A stretch of 64,000 nucleotides of DNA from an uncultured Verrucomicrobia subdivision 3 bacterium (GCA_903875465.1 CAIQWB010000073.1:16373-80372), one strand, 5' to 3'. Shown: positions 15,417 through 25,120, numbered from the stretch's first letter. Notes: generated from the sequence alone by a model not told the origin. Translations and numbers: made by a program.

Positions 15417-17258
15417 ATGGCGCGTGAACATTCCCGGGGCCGGCCCGACCTCGATTTGCCCAAAGCCCGCCTCTCCCGGGAAAACCTGCGCGAGGCCGCG
15501 CGGCTTTTCACTTATCTCCGGCCGCATCTGGGGCAACTGATCGCCGCTTGCGGTGCCTTGATTTTGTCGAGCCTGTTGAGCCTGGGTTTTCCTTTCCTCG
15601 CCGGCAGCCTGATGGATGCGGCCACGCCGGGGGCGGCGACCCGGGGGCCGGCCTGGCTCCCGCACGGGATAAACCAAGTGGCGCTGCTCATGCTGGGGGT
15701 GCTGGCCATCCAATCGCTGAGCACTTATTTTCAGTCCACGTCGCTCACGCGGATCGGCCAGAGTGCCGTGGCCAGCCTGCGCCGGGACACCTATGCCCGC
15801 TTGATCTGCCTGCCCATGAGCTTTTTCAGTCAGCGCCGGGTGGGGGAGTTAAGCAGCCGTCTGGCGGCCGATCTGACGCAGATTGAGGCCACCCTCATCA
15901 TGGCGGTACCGCAATTTCTGCGGCAGAGTTTGATGCTGGCCGGGGGCATTATTTTGATCGCGACCACCTCGGGGCGGCTCACATTAATCATGCTCAGCGC
16001 GGTGCCGCCGATCATTATTCTGGCCGTGGTGTTTGGCCGAAAAACGCGGCAGAACTCCCGCGAAACACAGGACAAACTGGCGGAAACCGGGGTCATTGTG
16101 GAGGAGACGTTGCAGGGCATATTTAATGTGAAAGCCTATGTGAATGAAGCCTTCGAAATCAGCCGCTATGCGCGGAGCATGGATGCCTACCTGGTGGCCG
16201 CCTTGCGCGGGGCCCGGTTACGGGGGGCGTTTTTTGCCTTCATCATCTTCGCGCTGTTTGGTTGCATTGTGCTCGTGCTGTGGTCCGGGGCATCGCTCTT
16301 GCAGTCCGGTCAAATTTCGCTGGGGGAGATGACGCGGTTTGTGCTGTACACTGCCTTTGTGGCCGGGGCCATGGGCCAGTTTGCCGATCTTTACAGTCAG
16401 GTGCAGAAGGCCCTGGGGGCGACGCACCGGGTGCGGGAGCTGTTGCAAACGCCGCCGGAATTTGACCTGGCGGCGTCAACGTCCACCCCGGCGGCGGTGC
16501 TCCCTGCCCTGCAAGGCGCGGTGGCCTTCCGCGACGTTCAGTTCCGCTACCCGGCACGGCCGGAAATGGCCGTGCTCAAGGGCATTTCTTTTGCGGTGCA
16601 GCCGGGTGAAAAAATTGCCTTGGTGGGTCCCAGCGGGGCGGGGAAATCCACGATTATCGCACTGCTGTTGCGCTTCTATGACCCGCAGCCCGGCGAAATT
16701 CTCATGGATGGCCGGCCGGTCGGGGATTATCCACTGGCCTGGTTGCGGAACCAGATGTCGATTGTGCCACAGGAAACCATGCTGTTTGGCGGCACCATTT
16801 ACGAGAACATTGCGTATGGCCGGCCGGGAGCGACCCGGGAAGAGGTTTTGGCTGCGGCCCGACAGGCGCATGCTCATGAATTCATTGAGCCTTTCCCGGA
16901 AGGCTATGAAACCCTGGTGGGTGAACGCGGGGTCAAGCTCTCGGGCGGCCAGCGGCAGCGGGTCGCAATCGCCCGGGCCATTTTGAAGGATCCGGCCATT
17001 TTGATCCTGGATGAAGCGACCAGTTCGCTCGATTCGGAAAGCGAACGCCTGGTGCAGTTGGCACTGGACCGGTTGATGGAAGGGCGCACGACCTTCATTA
17101 TTGCGCATCGCCTGGCCACGGTGCGGCGGGCGGACCGCATCCTCGTCATTCAGGACGGCCGGTTGGTGGAAGCCGGCACCCACGCCGAATTAAGCCAGCA
17201 GGAAAATGGCCTGTACCGGCACCTGGCCGGGTTGCAGTTCCAGCGGGAAAATGATTAG
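15417..17258 (+). CDS. ABC transporter, fused permease/ATP-binding protein (ABCB/MsbA-like exporter)
   Basis: Six-helix TMD followed by an NBD with Walker A GPSGAGKST, signature LSGGQRQR and Walker B ILILDEATS. The start is at ATG 15417 (MAREHSRGRPDLDLPK...); the 15354 alternative adds an implausible leader. Confidence 0.85.
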   Translation: MAREHSRGRPDLDLPKARLSRENLREAARLFTYLRPHLGQLIAACGALILSSLLSLGFPFLAGSLMDAATPGAATRGPAWLPHGINQVALLMLGVLAIQSLSTYFQSTSLTRIGQSAVASLRRDTYARLICLPMSFFSQRRVGELSSRLAADLTQIEATLIMAVPQFLRQSLMLAGGIILIATTSGRLTLIMLSAVPPIIILAVVFGRKTRQNSRETQDKLAETGVIVEETLQGIFNVKAYVNEAFEISRYARSMDAYLVAALRGARLRGAFFAFIIFALFGCIVLVLWSGASLLQSGQISLGEMTRFVLYTAFVAGAMGQFADLYSQVQKALGATHRVRELLQTPPEFDLAASTSTPAAVLPALQGAVAFRDVQFRYPARPEMAVLKGISFAVQPGEKIALVGPSGAGKSTIIALLLRFYDPQPGEILMDGRPVGDYPLAWLRNQMSIVPQETMLFGGTIYENIAYGRPGATREEVLAAARQAHAHEFIEPFPEGYETLVGERGVKLSGGQRQRVAIARAILKDPAILILDEATSSLDSESERLVQLALDRLMEGRTTFIIAHRLATVRRADRILVIQDGRLVEAGTHAELSQQENGLYRHLAGLQFQREND

Positions 17259-17284
17259 GCATCAGCGCTTGGCCGCCACGGGGA

Positions 17285-18112
17285 TCAATAATGCGGTTGA
17301 TTGTCCCGGTTCCACAAGGCGCAGGCGACATCCGCGCCGGCACTGGGATAAGTGTTATACGGGGCGGCCGGAATGAAGGCCGTGCGGGGCAGCGTCTGGA
17401 CATGGCCATCACAAAAGGCCAAATTGGCGCGGAGATTGTGCAAATCCAGCGGCCACTGGCGCGACGCATAGGCCCCAATGAAGCCGCTCCAATCCGGGTC
17501 GCCGCCGTGCGCCGCGTTCCAATTACTGTCCCCCAGGGCAATCATCTGGGTGGGCCGCACGACCGAGCTTTCCTTCACGGTTGGATCCCCCGTCACGGCA
17601 TCCCCGGCATAAACACCGAGCCCATAGACCGGATAATTGTCCCAGGAGCCCCAGCAATTGTAACCATAGCTCATAAAGTTGGTGCCGGAGGGCTGCAAGC
17701 GGTTTTCATTCGCCTGATAACCATAACCGGCCGGCAGCCCGCTGCCGAAGGTGGGAGTCCAATTGGCAGCGTCCGGGGCGGAGGGACAGCGAAAGACCCG
17801 CGTATCGCTGCCCTTGGCAGTGTAGGCTCGCAAGAGCGGCGGCCAGATCCAGTAACTCCCCCCGAGTGCCAGTCCGGCCGGATAGCAGGCATGGTAGTCG
17901 TCCTTGTAAAGTTGCAACGCCAGCCCCATTTGCTTGAGATTGCTGACACAACTAATGGCTTTGGCCTTGTCCCTGGCTTTGCCCAGGGCCGGCAGCAGCA
18001 TGGCCGCCAGAATGGCGATGATGGCAATGACGACCAGCAATTCGATCAGGGTGAAGGCCGTGGGCAGCCGGCGGGCTTCAGCCAGACGGCGGTTAGGTTT
18101 CATTGTTTTCAT
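17285..18112 (-). CDS. prepilin-type N-terminal cleavage/methylation domain protein, DUF1559 / H-X9-DG family (pseudopilin-like)
   Basis: N-terminus [43 protein letters not shown] (class III signal plus hydrophobic helix). C-terminus [14 protein letters not shown] fits H-X9-DG. Confidence 0.8.
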   Translation of the reverse strand: MKTMKPNRRLAEARRLPTAFTLIELLVVIAIIAILAAMLLPALGKARDKAKAISCVSNLKQMGLALQLYKDDYHACYPAGLALGGSYWIWPPLLRAYTAKGSDTRVFRCPSAPDAANWTPTFGSGLPAGYGYQANENRLQPSGTNFMSYGYNCWGSWDNYPVYGLGVYAGDAVTGDPTVKESSVVRPTQMIALGDSNWNAAHGGDPDWSGFIGAYASRQWPLDLHNLRANLAFCDGHVQTLPRTAFIPAAPYNTYPSAGADVACALWNRDNQPHY

Positions 18113-18372
18113 GGTTCGGCGCGTTTTCGGTTTAACTCCGCCCCGGCTGGCGAAGAAATAATTCCTGCCACATTGATCCGCCCGGGATGCTCCCGCTGCG
18201 GCAAAACGCCGGGCCCGGGCAAAGGGGAAGTGGCAATGGCAACCAGCTTGCCTCAGGCCGAAAATCCTACTAGGGTGGAAAGCATCTTATTTGAGTAAGA
18301 AATACGCATGACCGATGGCCGCCGTGAAGGTGATTTTTTGCCGGCAACATAACTTAAAGCACGCCCCAGCCC

Positions 18373-19173
18373 ATGCCCTCTGACGTTCTCACCATGTATC
18401 AATTGCCGCTGCCGCCAGCGGTGGAGATATTGTGCTGCCATTACGCGGTCTTGCGCACTTGGGATTACCCCGATCTCGCCGCGCCCTATTGGCGGTGGTA
18501 TTGGGTGGACCGGCCGGGAGCGGCCATTACGGTGGGTCAAAAACGTTTTGAATTAATTCCCGGACAGGTGGTCCTCATTCCGCCCAACACCCATTTTGCG
18601 GCCCACAACCGCGAACCCATTGGTTTTCTTTATATTCATTTCTTTGTGGAGGCCGCTTATGAACAATCCTCCCCGGCTCCCAGCTTTTTGGAGTTGGACG
18701 CCACGCAAAGGCAGTTCATCCGGGATTTTGCCAGCCAACTGGCCGAATTGGAAAGGAAGGAGGCGTCGCCGCTGCTCTCCCTGCCGCTGGCGTTCGTCAG
18801 CCTGGCGCTGAGCCGAACGAAACAGGAACACTGGACAGGTGCCTGTCAGGATGCGCGCGTTTCGCGGGCCATCCAGCAGATTGAAGCCGGCTATCCCGCC
18901 GCCCTGTCGAACGCCCAACTCGCCCGGTCTGCCGGGATGAATTTGAACGCTTTCATCCGGAGGTTCAAACGGGTGACGAGCCAGACGCCCCGGCAATTTT
19001 TGCTCGGCTTGCGCCTGAAGGAGGCGTCCTCACTGCTGCATCACAGCCAGCTGAGCCTGGAGACGATCGCCGAGCAAACGGGTTTCAATGACCGGCAGCA
19101 CCTGAACTTGATGTTCCGCAAAAGTTTTCGCATCACCCCGGCCCAGTTTCGCAAAAACTTCTTAAAACTGTGA
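18373..19173 (+). CDS. AraC family transcriptional regulator
   Basis: C-terminal double HTH: LSNAQLARSAGMNLNAFIRRFKRVTSQTPRQFLLGLRLKEASSLLHHSQLSLETIAEQTGFNDRQHLNLMFRKSFRITPAQFR. It sits immediately upstream of the sugar-acid operon. Confidence 0.85.
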   Translation: MPSDVLTMYQLPLPPAVEILCCHYAVLRTWDYPDLAAPYWRWYWVDRPGAAITVGQKRFELIPGQVVLIPPNTHFAAHNREPIGFLYIHFFVEAAYEQSSPAPSFLELDATQRQFIRDFASQLAELERKEASPLLSLPLAFVSLALSRTKQEHWTGACQDARVSRAIQQIEAGYPAALSNAQLARSAGMNLNAFIRRFKRVTSQTPRQFLLGLRLKEASSLLHHSQLSLETIAEQTGFNDRQHLNLMFRKSFRITPAQFRKNFLKL

Positions 19174-19340
19174 GGGGCGGGCGGGTGTGTTTTTTACTCA
19201 AATGAGTTGGTTTCTCACCTTGCCGCCGGTGAAATAAACGGTAACTTTTGCCCCGAATCCGATATGCAAATCATCGTCACAATCCATCAACCAAGCGCGC
19301 ACCGAACCAGGGTTGACCGCGTTCCCATGAGCCAGGCAGC

Positions 19341-20414
19341 ATGAATTTCGACCCGGCCCAACTCTGCCAGCGTTGGGGGCTGCCTGCCCGTCCCCGGCCG
19401 ATCGTCATTATTGGCGCGGGCGATATTGTGCGGGATGCACACCTGCCTGCCTACCAAAAGGCGGGCTTCCCCGTCGCCGGGGTGTTTGATTTGCGCAGCG
19501 AGGTGGCGGCGGCCCGCCAGCGGGAATTCAACGTGTCCCGGGTTTGCGCAACCATGGCAGAAGCCGTGGCCATACCGGAGGCCATCTTCGATGTGGCCGC
19601 CCCGCCGTCGGCGCACGAGGCCATCCTTGAGCAACTTCCCGACGGCGCGGCCGTGCTGCTCCAGAAACCCATGGGCAACTCGCTCGCCATGGCCCGGCGC
19701 ATTCAGGCGATTTGTGCGCGCAAGCGACTGCGGGCGGCGGTGAATTTTCAGTTCCGCTTTTGTCCGTTCATGCTGGCCATTGGCGAGTTGCGGCAACGCG
19801 GCGAACTCGGTGAACTGGTCGAGATCGAGGTGCGGCTCAATATTGCCACCCCGTGGGACACCTTTCCGTTTCTGCTGGCGGAGTCCCGGGTGGAAATTCA
19901 AGTTCACACGGTGCATTATCTGGACGCCATCCGCCAGTTACTCGGCAATCCTGCACGGGTGTATGCCCGCACCGTCAAGCATCCCCATTTTCCCCAGCTC
20001 GCGAGCACGCGTTCCAGCATTATCCTCGATTACGGCGACATGATCCGCTGCTGTCTCTCCATCAATCATTGCCATCCGTTTGGTGCGCGCCATGCGGCGG
20101 CCACGATTCGCGTGGAAGGCACGGCGGGGTGTGCCATGGCCTCCATCGGGTGCTTGATTGACTATCCGCGCGCCCTGCCCGACCAGCTCGAAATAGTTAC
20201 CCGTTCCCAGCCGGAATGGCGCGCGGTGGCCCTGCACGGCCAATGGTTTCCCGATGCCTTTATCGGCAGCATGTCCAACCTGCAACGCTTCGCGGCGGGC
20301 GAGGACGCTGCCCTGGTATCGCCCGTCAGCGACGCACTGCTAACCATGGGGCTCGTGGAGGCCTGTTACACAGCCGACCAGCACGGCGGCATACCGCTGG
20401 AATCACCCGCATGA
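19341..20414 (+). CDS. Gfo/Idh/MocA family NAD(P)-dependent oxidoreductase (candidate sugar 1-dehydrogenase)
   Basis: N-terminal Rossmann motif IVIIGAGDIVRDAHLPAY. Size is 357 aa. It is the first gene of the operon. Confidence 0.7.
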   Translation: MNFDPAQLCQRWGLPARPRPIVIIGAGDIVRDAHLPAYQKAGFPVAGVFDLRSEVAAARQREFNVSRVCATMAEAVAIPEAIFDVAAPPSAHEAILEQLPDGAAVLLQKPMGNSLAMARRIQAICARKRLRAAVNFQFRFCPFMLAIGELRQRGELGELVEIEVRLNIATPWDTFPFLLAESRVEIQVHTVHYLDAIRQLLGNPARVYARTVKHPHFPQLASTRSSIILDYGDMIRCCLSINHCHPFGARHAAATIRVEGTAGCAMASIGCLIDYPRALPDQLEIVTRSQPEWRAVALHGQWFPDAFIGSMSNLQRFAAGEDAALVSPVSDALLTMGLVEACYTADQHGGIPLESPA

Positions 20415-20477
20415 GCCCCCGCGCAAAAGGCATTGATCCCGCAGCGGCGTACCCGCAATATCCATGAATCCAAGTTT

Positions 20478-20798
20478 ATGAACGATCCCAGATTACTGAA
20501 GCTGGACCCAGCCGACAATGTGCTGGTCGCGATTCAAACCCTCGAAGCGGGCGACACCGTGACGGTGGCGGGCCAGCCGGTGCCAGTGTCCCTGCGCCTC
20601 ACCCTTGGTCACAAACTCGCGGCAAGGTCCATTCGTGCGGGTGAAAAGATTATCAAGTACCGGGTCCCGATTGGCTCGGCCACCCGGGACATCGCCGCGG
20701 GCGAGCATGTGCATGTGCATAACCTGAAAAGCGATTATCTGCCGACTTACACGCACGACCGCAGCCATACTTATTCCCCGCGCCATGATCATCACTGA
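20478..20798 (+). CDS. UxaA-family dehydratase, small N-terminal (SAF-domain) subunit
   Basis: LKLDPADNVLVAIQTLEAGD...GHKLAARSIRAGEKIIKYRVPIGSATRDIAAGEHVHVHNL is the SAF/altronate-dehydratase N-terminal pattern. The start is at ATG 20478. Confidence 0.75.
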   Translation: MNDPRLLKLDPADNVLVAIQTLEAGDTVTVAGQPVPVSLRLTLGHKLAARSIRAGEKIIKYRVPIGSATRDIAAGEHVHVHNLKSDYLPTYTHDRSHTYSPRHDHH

Positions 20799-21987
20799 GC
20801 AAGCCTTCCTGCGCGCCGATGGCCGCAAAGGCATCCGCAATCATATCGTCGTTGCCTATCTGGTGGAATGCGCCCATCACGTGGCGCGCGAGATCGTTTA
20901 TCCGTACCGTGAACAGGGGGTGCACCTCATTGGCTTCGGGGGCTGCTACCCGAACGATTATGCCGCGCGCATGATGCGCGTGCTGTGTACTCATCCCAAT
21001 GTGGGAGGCGTCATCCTCCTGTCGCTTGGTTGTGAAAGTTTCAACCGTGGGTTGCTCCGCGAGGCGGTGGCCGCCTCCGGCCGTCCCGTGGAAACCCTGG
21101 TCATCCAGCAAAATGGCGGGACGCGCAAAACGATTGCGCAGGGCCGGCACCTGCTGGAAACCATGCGGGCCGAGGTTGCGCGCGTGCCGCGCGCGCCCCT
21201 GCGGCTGGATGAATTCATCGTGGGCACGGTCTGCGGGGGCAGCGACGCCACCAGCGGCATCACGGCCAATCCCGGCATTGGCCGCGCGTTTGACCGGCTG
21301 GTCGAACAAAATGCCGGCTGCATCTTCGAGGAAACCGGGGAGTTGATTGGTTGCGAGGACATCATGACCGCCCGCGCCGCCACGCCGGAGCTGGGGGGGA
21401 TTTTGCGCGAGTCCGTGAACAAGGCCGCGCGTTATTATACCGTGCTGGGCCACGGCAGTTTCGCGCCCGGCAATGCCGAGGGTGGGCTCACCACCCTGGA
21501 GGAAAAAAGCATGGGGGCTTATGCCAAGAGCGGGGCCTCGCGCATTTCCGGTCTGCTTAAACCCGGGGACATTCCCCCGCGTGGCGGTTTGTATCTGCTG
21601 GATGTCGTGCCCGATGGCGAGGTGCGCTTCGGCTTTCCGAACATCAACGACAATGCCGAGATCGCCGAGCTGATCGCCTGCGGCTCGCACGTCATCCTGT
21701 TTTCCACCGGGCGCGGCTCGGTGGTGGGCTCGGCGATTTCGCCGGTCATCAAGGTTTGCGCCAATCCGGAAACGTTTCGGCGCATGAGCGAGGACATGGA
21801 TGTGGATGCCGGCCGCATTCTCGAAGGGCGCGCGTCGCTCGATGAGGTGGGCCAGGAAATTCTGGAGCTGGCACTGGCAGTGGGCCGGGGGGCACCGACC
21901 AAATCTGAGGCGCTGGGCCATCAGGAATTTGTGCTGACCTACAAATCGTTTGAACCGATCGGTCCGTCCTGCCTGCCTGGTGTTTAA
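20785..21987 (+). CDS. UxaA-family (altronate/galactarate dehydratase-like) sugar-acid dehydratase, large subunit
   Basis: MIITEQAFLRADGRKGIRNHIVV..., LSLGCESFN, and the GTVCGGSDATSGITANP motif typical of the UxaA C-terminal domain. It overlaps the small subunit by 14 nt. Confidence 0.8.
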   Translation: MIITEQAFLRADGRKGIRNHIVVAYLVECAHHVAREIVYPYREQGVHLIGFGGCYPNDYAARMMRVLCTHPNVGGVILLSLGCESFNRGLLREAVAASGRPVETLVIQQNGGTRKTIAQGRHLLETMRAEVARVPRAPLRLDEFIVGTVCGGSDATSGITANPGIGRAFDRLVEQNAGCIFEETGELIGCEDIMTARAATPELGGILRESVNKAARYYTVLGHGSFAPGNAEGGLTTLEEKSMGAYAKSGASRISGLLKPGDIPPRGGLYLLDVVPDGEVRFGFPNINDNAEIAELIACGSHVILFSTGRGSVVGSAISPVIKVCANPETFRRMSEDMDVDAGRILEGRASLDEVGQEILELALAVGRGAPTKSEALGHQEFVLTYKSFEPIGPSCLPGV

Positions 21988-21988
21988 T

Positions 21989-22849
21989 ATGAGTTTACCC
22001 AGGCCAATGGTTGATGCACACGTCCATTTTTGGGATCCGCAACGGCTGGATTATCCCTGGCTGGCGGAAGTGCCGGCGTTACAGCGGGCGTTTTTGCCGG
22101 CGGACTATGCCCGGGCCAACCAGAACGCAACGGCCCAGGTGGCCAAAATGATTTTTGTCGAGTGCGGTTGTGCCGCGGCGCACACCCTGGAAGAAGTGCA
22201 GTGGGTCAGCGAGTTGGCGGCGCGCGAACCCCGGCTGCAAGGCATTGTGGCCCAGGCAGCGGTGGAACTGGGCCAGCGCGTAAAGGACGGGCTGGCGGAG
22301 CTGGCCCGGCAGCCATTGGTCAAGGGTGTGCGGCGCAATTTGCAGGGCGAGACGGACCCGGATTTTTGCCGGCGGCCGGATTTTGTCGCCGGCGTGCGGG
22401 CCCTGGCAGCGCACCGGTTCACCTTCGATCTGTGCATTATCCACCCGCAGTTGCCGGCGGTCACTGAGCTGGTGCGGCAGTGTCCGGAAGTGCAATTTAT
22501 TCTGGATCATTGTGGCAAGCCAGCCATTCGCGACGGCCAGCGGGAGCCCTGGCGGCAGCATTTGCGGGAACTGGCCAGCCTGCCCAATGTGGCCTGTAAA
22601 ATTTCCGGCCTGGTCACGGAAGCCAGTCCGGCCAGGTGCGGCGCGGCGGATTTGGAACCCTGGGTGGCCCACGCCGTGGAGGCGTTTGGGCTGGAGCGCG
22701 TTCTGTTTGGTGGAGACTGGCCGGTTTGCCAGCTCGCGACCCCCTTGGCCGACTGGATGGCATCCCTGCAAACTATTCTCAGCGGTGTGGCGGAAGCCAG
22801 CCTGGTCAAAGTATTTCAAACCAATGCGGAAAGGATCTATCATGTTTAA
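21989..22849 (+). CDS. amidohydrolase-2 family lactonase (L-fucono-1,5-lactonase-like)
   Basis: MSLPRPMVDAHVHFWDPQRLDYPWL (HxH metal site), and C-terminal FGGDWPV. The start is 2 nt after the uxaA-like stop. Confidence 0.7.
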   Translation: MSLPRPMVDAHVHFWDPQRLDYPWLAEVPALQRAFLPADYARANQNATAQVAKMIFVECGCAAAHTLEEVQWVSELAAREPRLQGIVAQAAVELGQRVKDGLAELARQPLVKGVRRNLQGETDPDFCRRPDFVAGVRALAAHRFTFDLCIIHPQLPAVTELVRQCPEVQFILDHCGKPAIRDGQREPWRQHLRELASLPNVACKISGLVTEASPARCGAADLEPWVAHAVEAFGLERVLFGGDWPVCQLATPLADWMASLQTILSGVAEASLVKVFQTNAERIYHV

Positions 22850-23582
22850 TTTGTCAGGTAAAACGGCGCTCGTGACGGGCGGGGCCTCGGGGATCGGGGC
22901 GGCGCTGGCCAACCGGTTTGCCAGCTCCGGGGCGAACGTGTGGGTCGCGGACCGGGACGAGGTCAACGGCCCGGCGATGGCCGCTAAACTAGGCGGCACG
23001 TTTGTAAAGTTGGACGTCGCCAGCGAGGCTGATTGCGCCGCTTTGGCGCAAACAATCGGTGCGGTGGATGTGCTGGCGAATGTGGCGGGCATCGGGCATG
23101 TGGGCTCGCTCCTGAACACCACGGCGGCGGACCTGGACAAGTTGTTCGCGGTGAACGTGCGCGGGATATTCAACTGCTGCAAGGCCTTCGTTCCGGGCAT
23201 GCTGGAGCGCCGGTCGGGCAGTGTGATCAACATGGCTTCGATTGCCGGCGTGATTGCCGTGCGGGACCGCCTGGCTTACACGACCACCAAATTCGCCGTG
23301 GTGGGCCTGACCAAGGCGCTGGCCCTGGATCATTCCCACACGGGTGTCCGCTTTAATTGCATTTGCCCCGGCCGGGTGGAAACCCCGTTTGTACTCGCCC
23401 GGTTAAAGGAATATCCCGACCCGGAAAAAGCGTATCGCGACATGGCGTCCACCCAGTTGAACGGACGCATGCTGGCCCCGGAGGAAGTTGCGGCCGCGGC
23501 CTTGTATCTGGCGGCGGAGGAGAGCGCCATGGTCACCGGCAGTGCCATGATGCTGGATGGGGGCTGGAGTGCGGGGAAATAA
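22842..23582 (+). CDS. short-chain dehydrogenase/reductase (candidate 2-keto-3-deoxy-L-fuconate or L-fucose dehydrogenase)
   Basis: The true start is ATG 22842 (MFNLSGKTALVTGGASGIGAA), overlapping the preceding stop by 8 nt. The catalytic YTTTKFAV (YxxxK) motif is present. Confidence 0.8.
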   Translation: MFNLSGKTALVTGGASGIGAALANRFASSGANVWVADRDEVNGPAMAAKLGGTFVKLDVASEADCAALAQTIGAVDVLANVAGIGHVGSLLNTTAADLDKLFAVNVRGIFNCCKAFVPGMLERRSGSVINMASIAGVIAVRDRLAYTTTKFAVVGLTKALALDHSHTGVRFNCICPGRVETPFVLARLKEYPDPEKAYRDMASTQLNGRMLAPEEVAAAALYLAAEESAMVTGSAMMLDGGWSAGK

Positions 23583-23588
23583 TTTAAT

Positions 23589-24395
23589 ATGAAAATCATT
23601 CGTTACCAGGACACCTCGGGAAAAATCGGGCTGGCGGCATTGCAAGCCGATGGCACCGCTATGAAATTGGCGGGCGATATTTATGCATCGCCGCAGCTCA
23701 CGGCGGAGCCCGCCACCGTGGCTCAATTACTGGCCCCCGTGGTGCCGGGGAGCATTATCTGCATCGGGCTGAATTACCGCCGGCACGCCGAGGAAACTGG
23801 GGCGAAATTCCCCGAATATCCCGTGGTTTTTTTCAAGGGGGTCAACACCTTGCTGGACCCGGGCGTGGCGATTCAAATTCCCCGGCACCTGCCCAGCGAC
23901 GAGGTGGATTACGAATGCGAACTGGCGGTCGTGATCGGCCGGCGCTGCAAGAATGTGAGCCGGGCGGAAGCCCTCGATTACGTCCTGGGTTACACCTGCT
24001 GCAATGATGTCAGCGCGCGGGACTGGCAAATCCGGCGCAGTGGCGGCCAGTGGTGCCGCGGCAAAAGCTTTGACACCTTCAGTCCGTTGGGGCCATGCCT
24101 GGTCACCGCCGACGAGATTCCCCAGCCCAACGCGCTCCGTCTGCGGACGGTCCTGAATGGGCAGGTAATGCAGGACTGGAACACGAACGACATGATTTTT
24201 GACATTCCCGCACTCATCGAGTTCCTGAGCGGCAGCAGCACCCTGCTGCCGGGAACCGTGATTCTCACGGGCACCCCCCACGGCGTGGGCATGGCGCAGA
24301 AACCGCCACGCTGGCTGCAGCCGGGGGACTCGGTGAGTATTGAAATCGAAAAAATTGGCACGCTCACCAATCCGGTGGCCGGCGAGAACATTTGA
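23589..24395 (+). CDS. fumarylacetoacetate hydrolase (FAH) family protein (2,4-diketo-3-deoxy-L-fuconate hydrolase-like)
   Basis: CIGLNYRRHAEE, DYECELAVVIG and GTPHGVG motifs. Size is 268 aa. Confidence 0.75.
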   Translation: MKIIRYQDTSGKIGLAALQADGTAMKLAGDIYASPQLTAEPATVAQLLAPVVPGSIICIGLNYRRHAEETGAKFPEYPVVFFKGVNTLLDPGVAIQIPRHLPSDEVDYECELAVVIGRRCKNVSRAEALDYVLGYTCCNDVSARDWQIRRSGGQWCRGKSFDTFSPLGPCLVTADEIPQPNALRLRTVLNGQVMQDWNTNDMIFDIPALIEFLSGSSTLLPGTVILTGTPHGVGMAQKPPRWLQPGDSVSIEIEKIGTLTNPVAGENI

Positions 24396-24438
24396 ACGGG
24401 CCCGTCCCGGTCCGGCCGAAAACCAATAAACACCTGAT

Positions 24439-25116
24439 ATGACTGAATCCCAAAGCGAATGGCAAAATGATGCGGAACTGTTCCGCCTGATCCAATCGGT
24501 ATTATACACCCCGGTCGTCGGCGACATCCTGGACGCCCTGGGCTGCTACCACCAATTCCTGCCGCAGCCGGTGCAGCCGGCCCTCACCACGATGAAACTG
24601 GCCGGGCGGGCGATGCCGGTGGTGATGATTGACGTTTATGGGCCGCAAAAAAAGCCCTTCGGCCTGCTCACCGAAGCGCTGGATCAATTACAGCCCGGCG
24701 AGGTTTACATCGCTTCGGGCGGTGACATGCGGAGCGCGTACTGGGGCGAACTGCTCACCGCGACCGCCCGCATGCGGGGGGCGGCCGGGGCGGTGGTGAA
24801 TGGTTTCCACCGCGACACCCCGCAGATGCTGGCGCAAAACTGGCCGGTGTTCAGCCGTGGCCGGTTCGCCCAGGATTCCAGTGTGCGCACCCAGGTGGTG
24901 GATTTTCGCTGCCCGCTGGAAGTGGGCGGGGTGTGGGTGGAGCCGGGTGACCTCATCTTTGGCGACCTGGACGGAGTGGCGGTGGTGCCGCGCCGGCACG
25001 AACGGGAAGTCATCAGCCGGGCCCTGGAAAAAGCGCGGGGGGAAAAGCGCGTGCGCCAGGATATTGAGGCGGGCATGTCCAGCACCGACGCTTTTAAAAA
25101 ATACGGCATTTTATAA
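24439..25116 (+). CDS. RraA-family protein (class II aldolase / oxaloacetate decarboxylase-like fold)
   Basis: [10 protein letters not shown] and [24 protein letters not shown] match the RraA/HMG-aldolase pattern. Confidence 0.65.
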   Translation: MTESQSEWQNDAELFRLIQSVLYTPVVGDILDALGCYHQFLPQPVQPALTTMKLAGRAMPVVMIDVYGPQKKPFGLLTEALDQLQPGEVYIASGGDMRSAYWGELLTATARMRGAAGAVVNGFHRDTPQMLAQNWPVFSRGRFAQDSSVRTQVVDFRCPLEVGGVWVEPGDLIFGDLDGVAVVPRRHEREVISRALEKARGEKRVRQDIEAGMSSTDAFKKYGIL

Positions 25117-25120
25117 AATT

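Noticed and set aside
20653-21921. 422-aa minus-strand ORF; similar long antisense ORFs at 22079-23233, 23727-24527, 25851-26963, 27007-27726, 28353-29735, 36937-37905, 41521-42441, 54359-55432, 59172-60473 and 61324-62454
   Set aside because: All are shadows of confidently assigned genes on the other strand. They are R/G/P/H-rich and have no recognisable domains.
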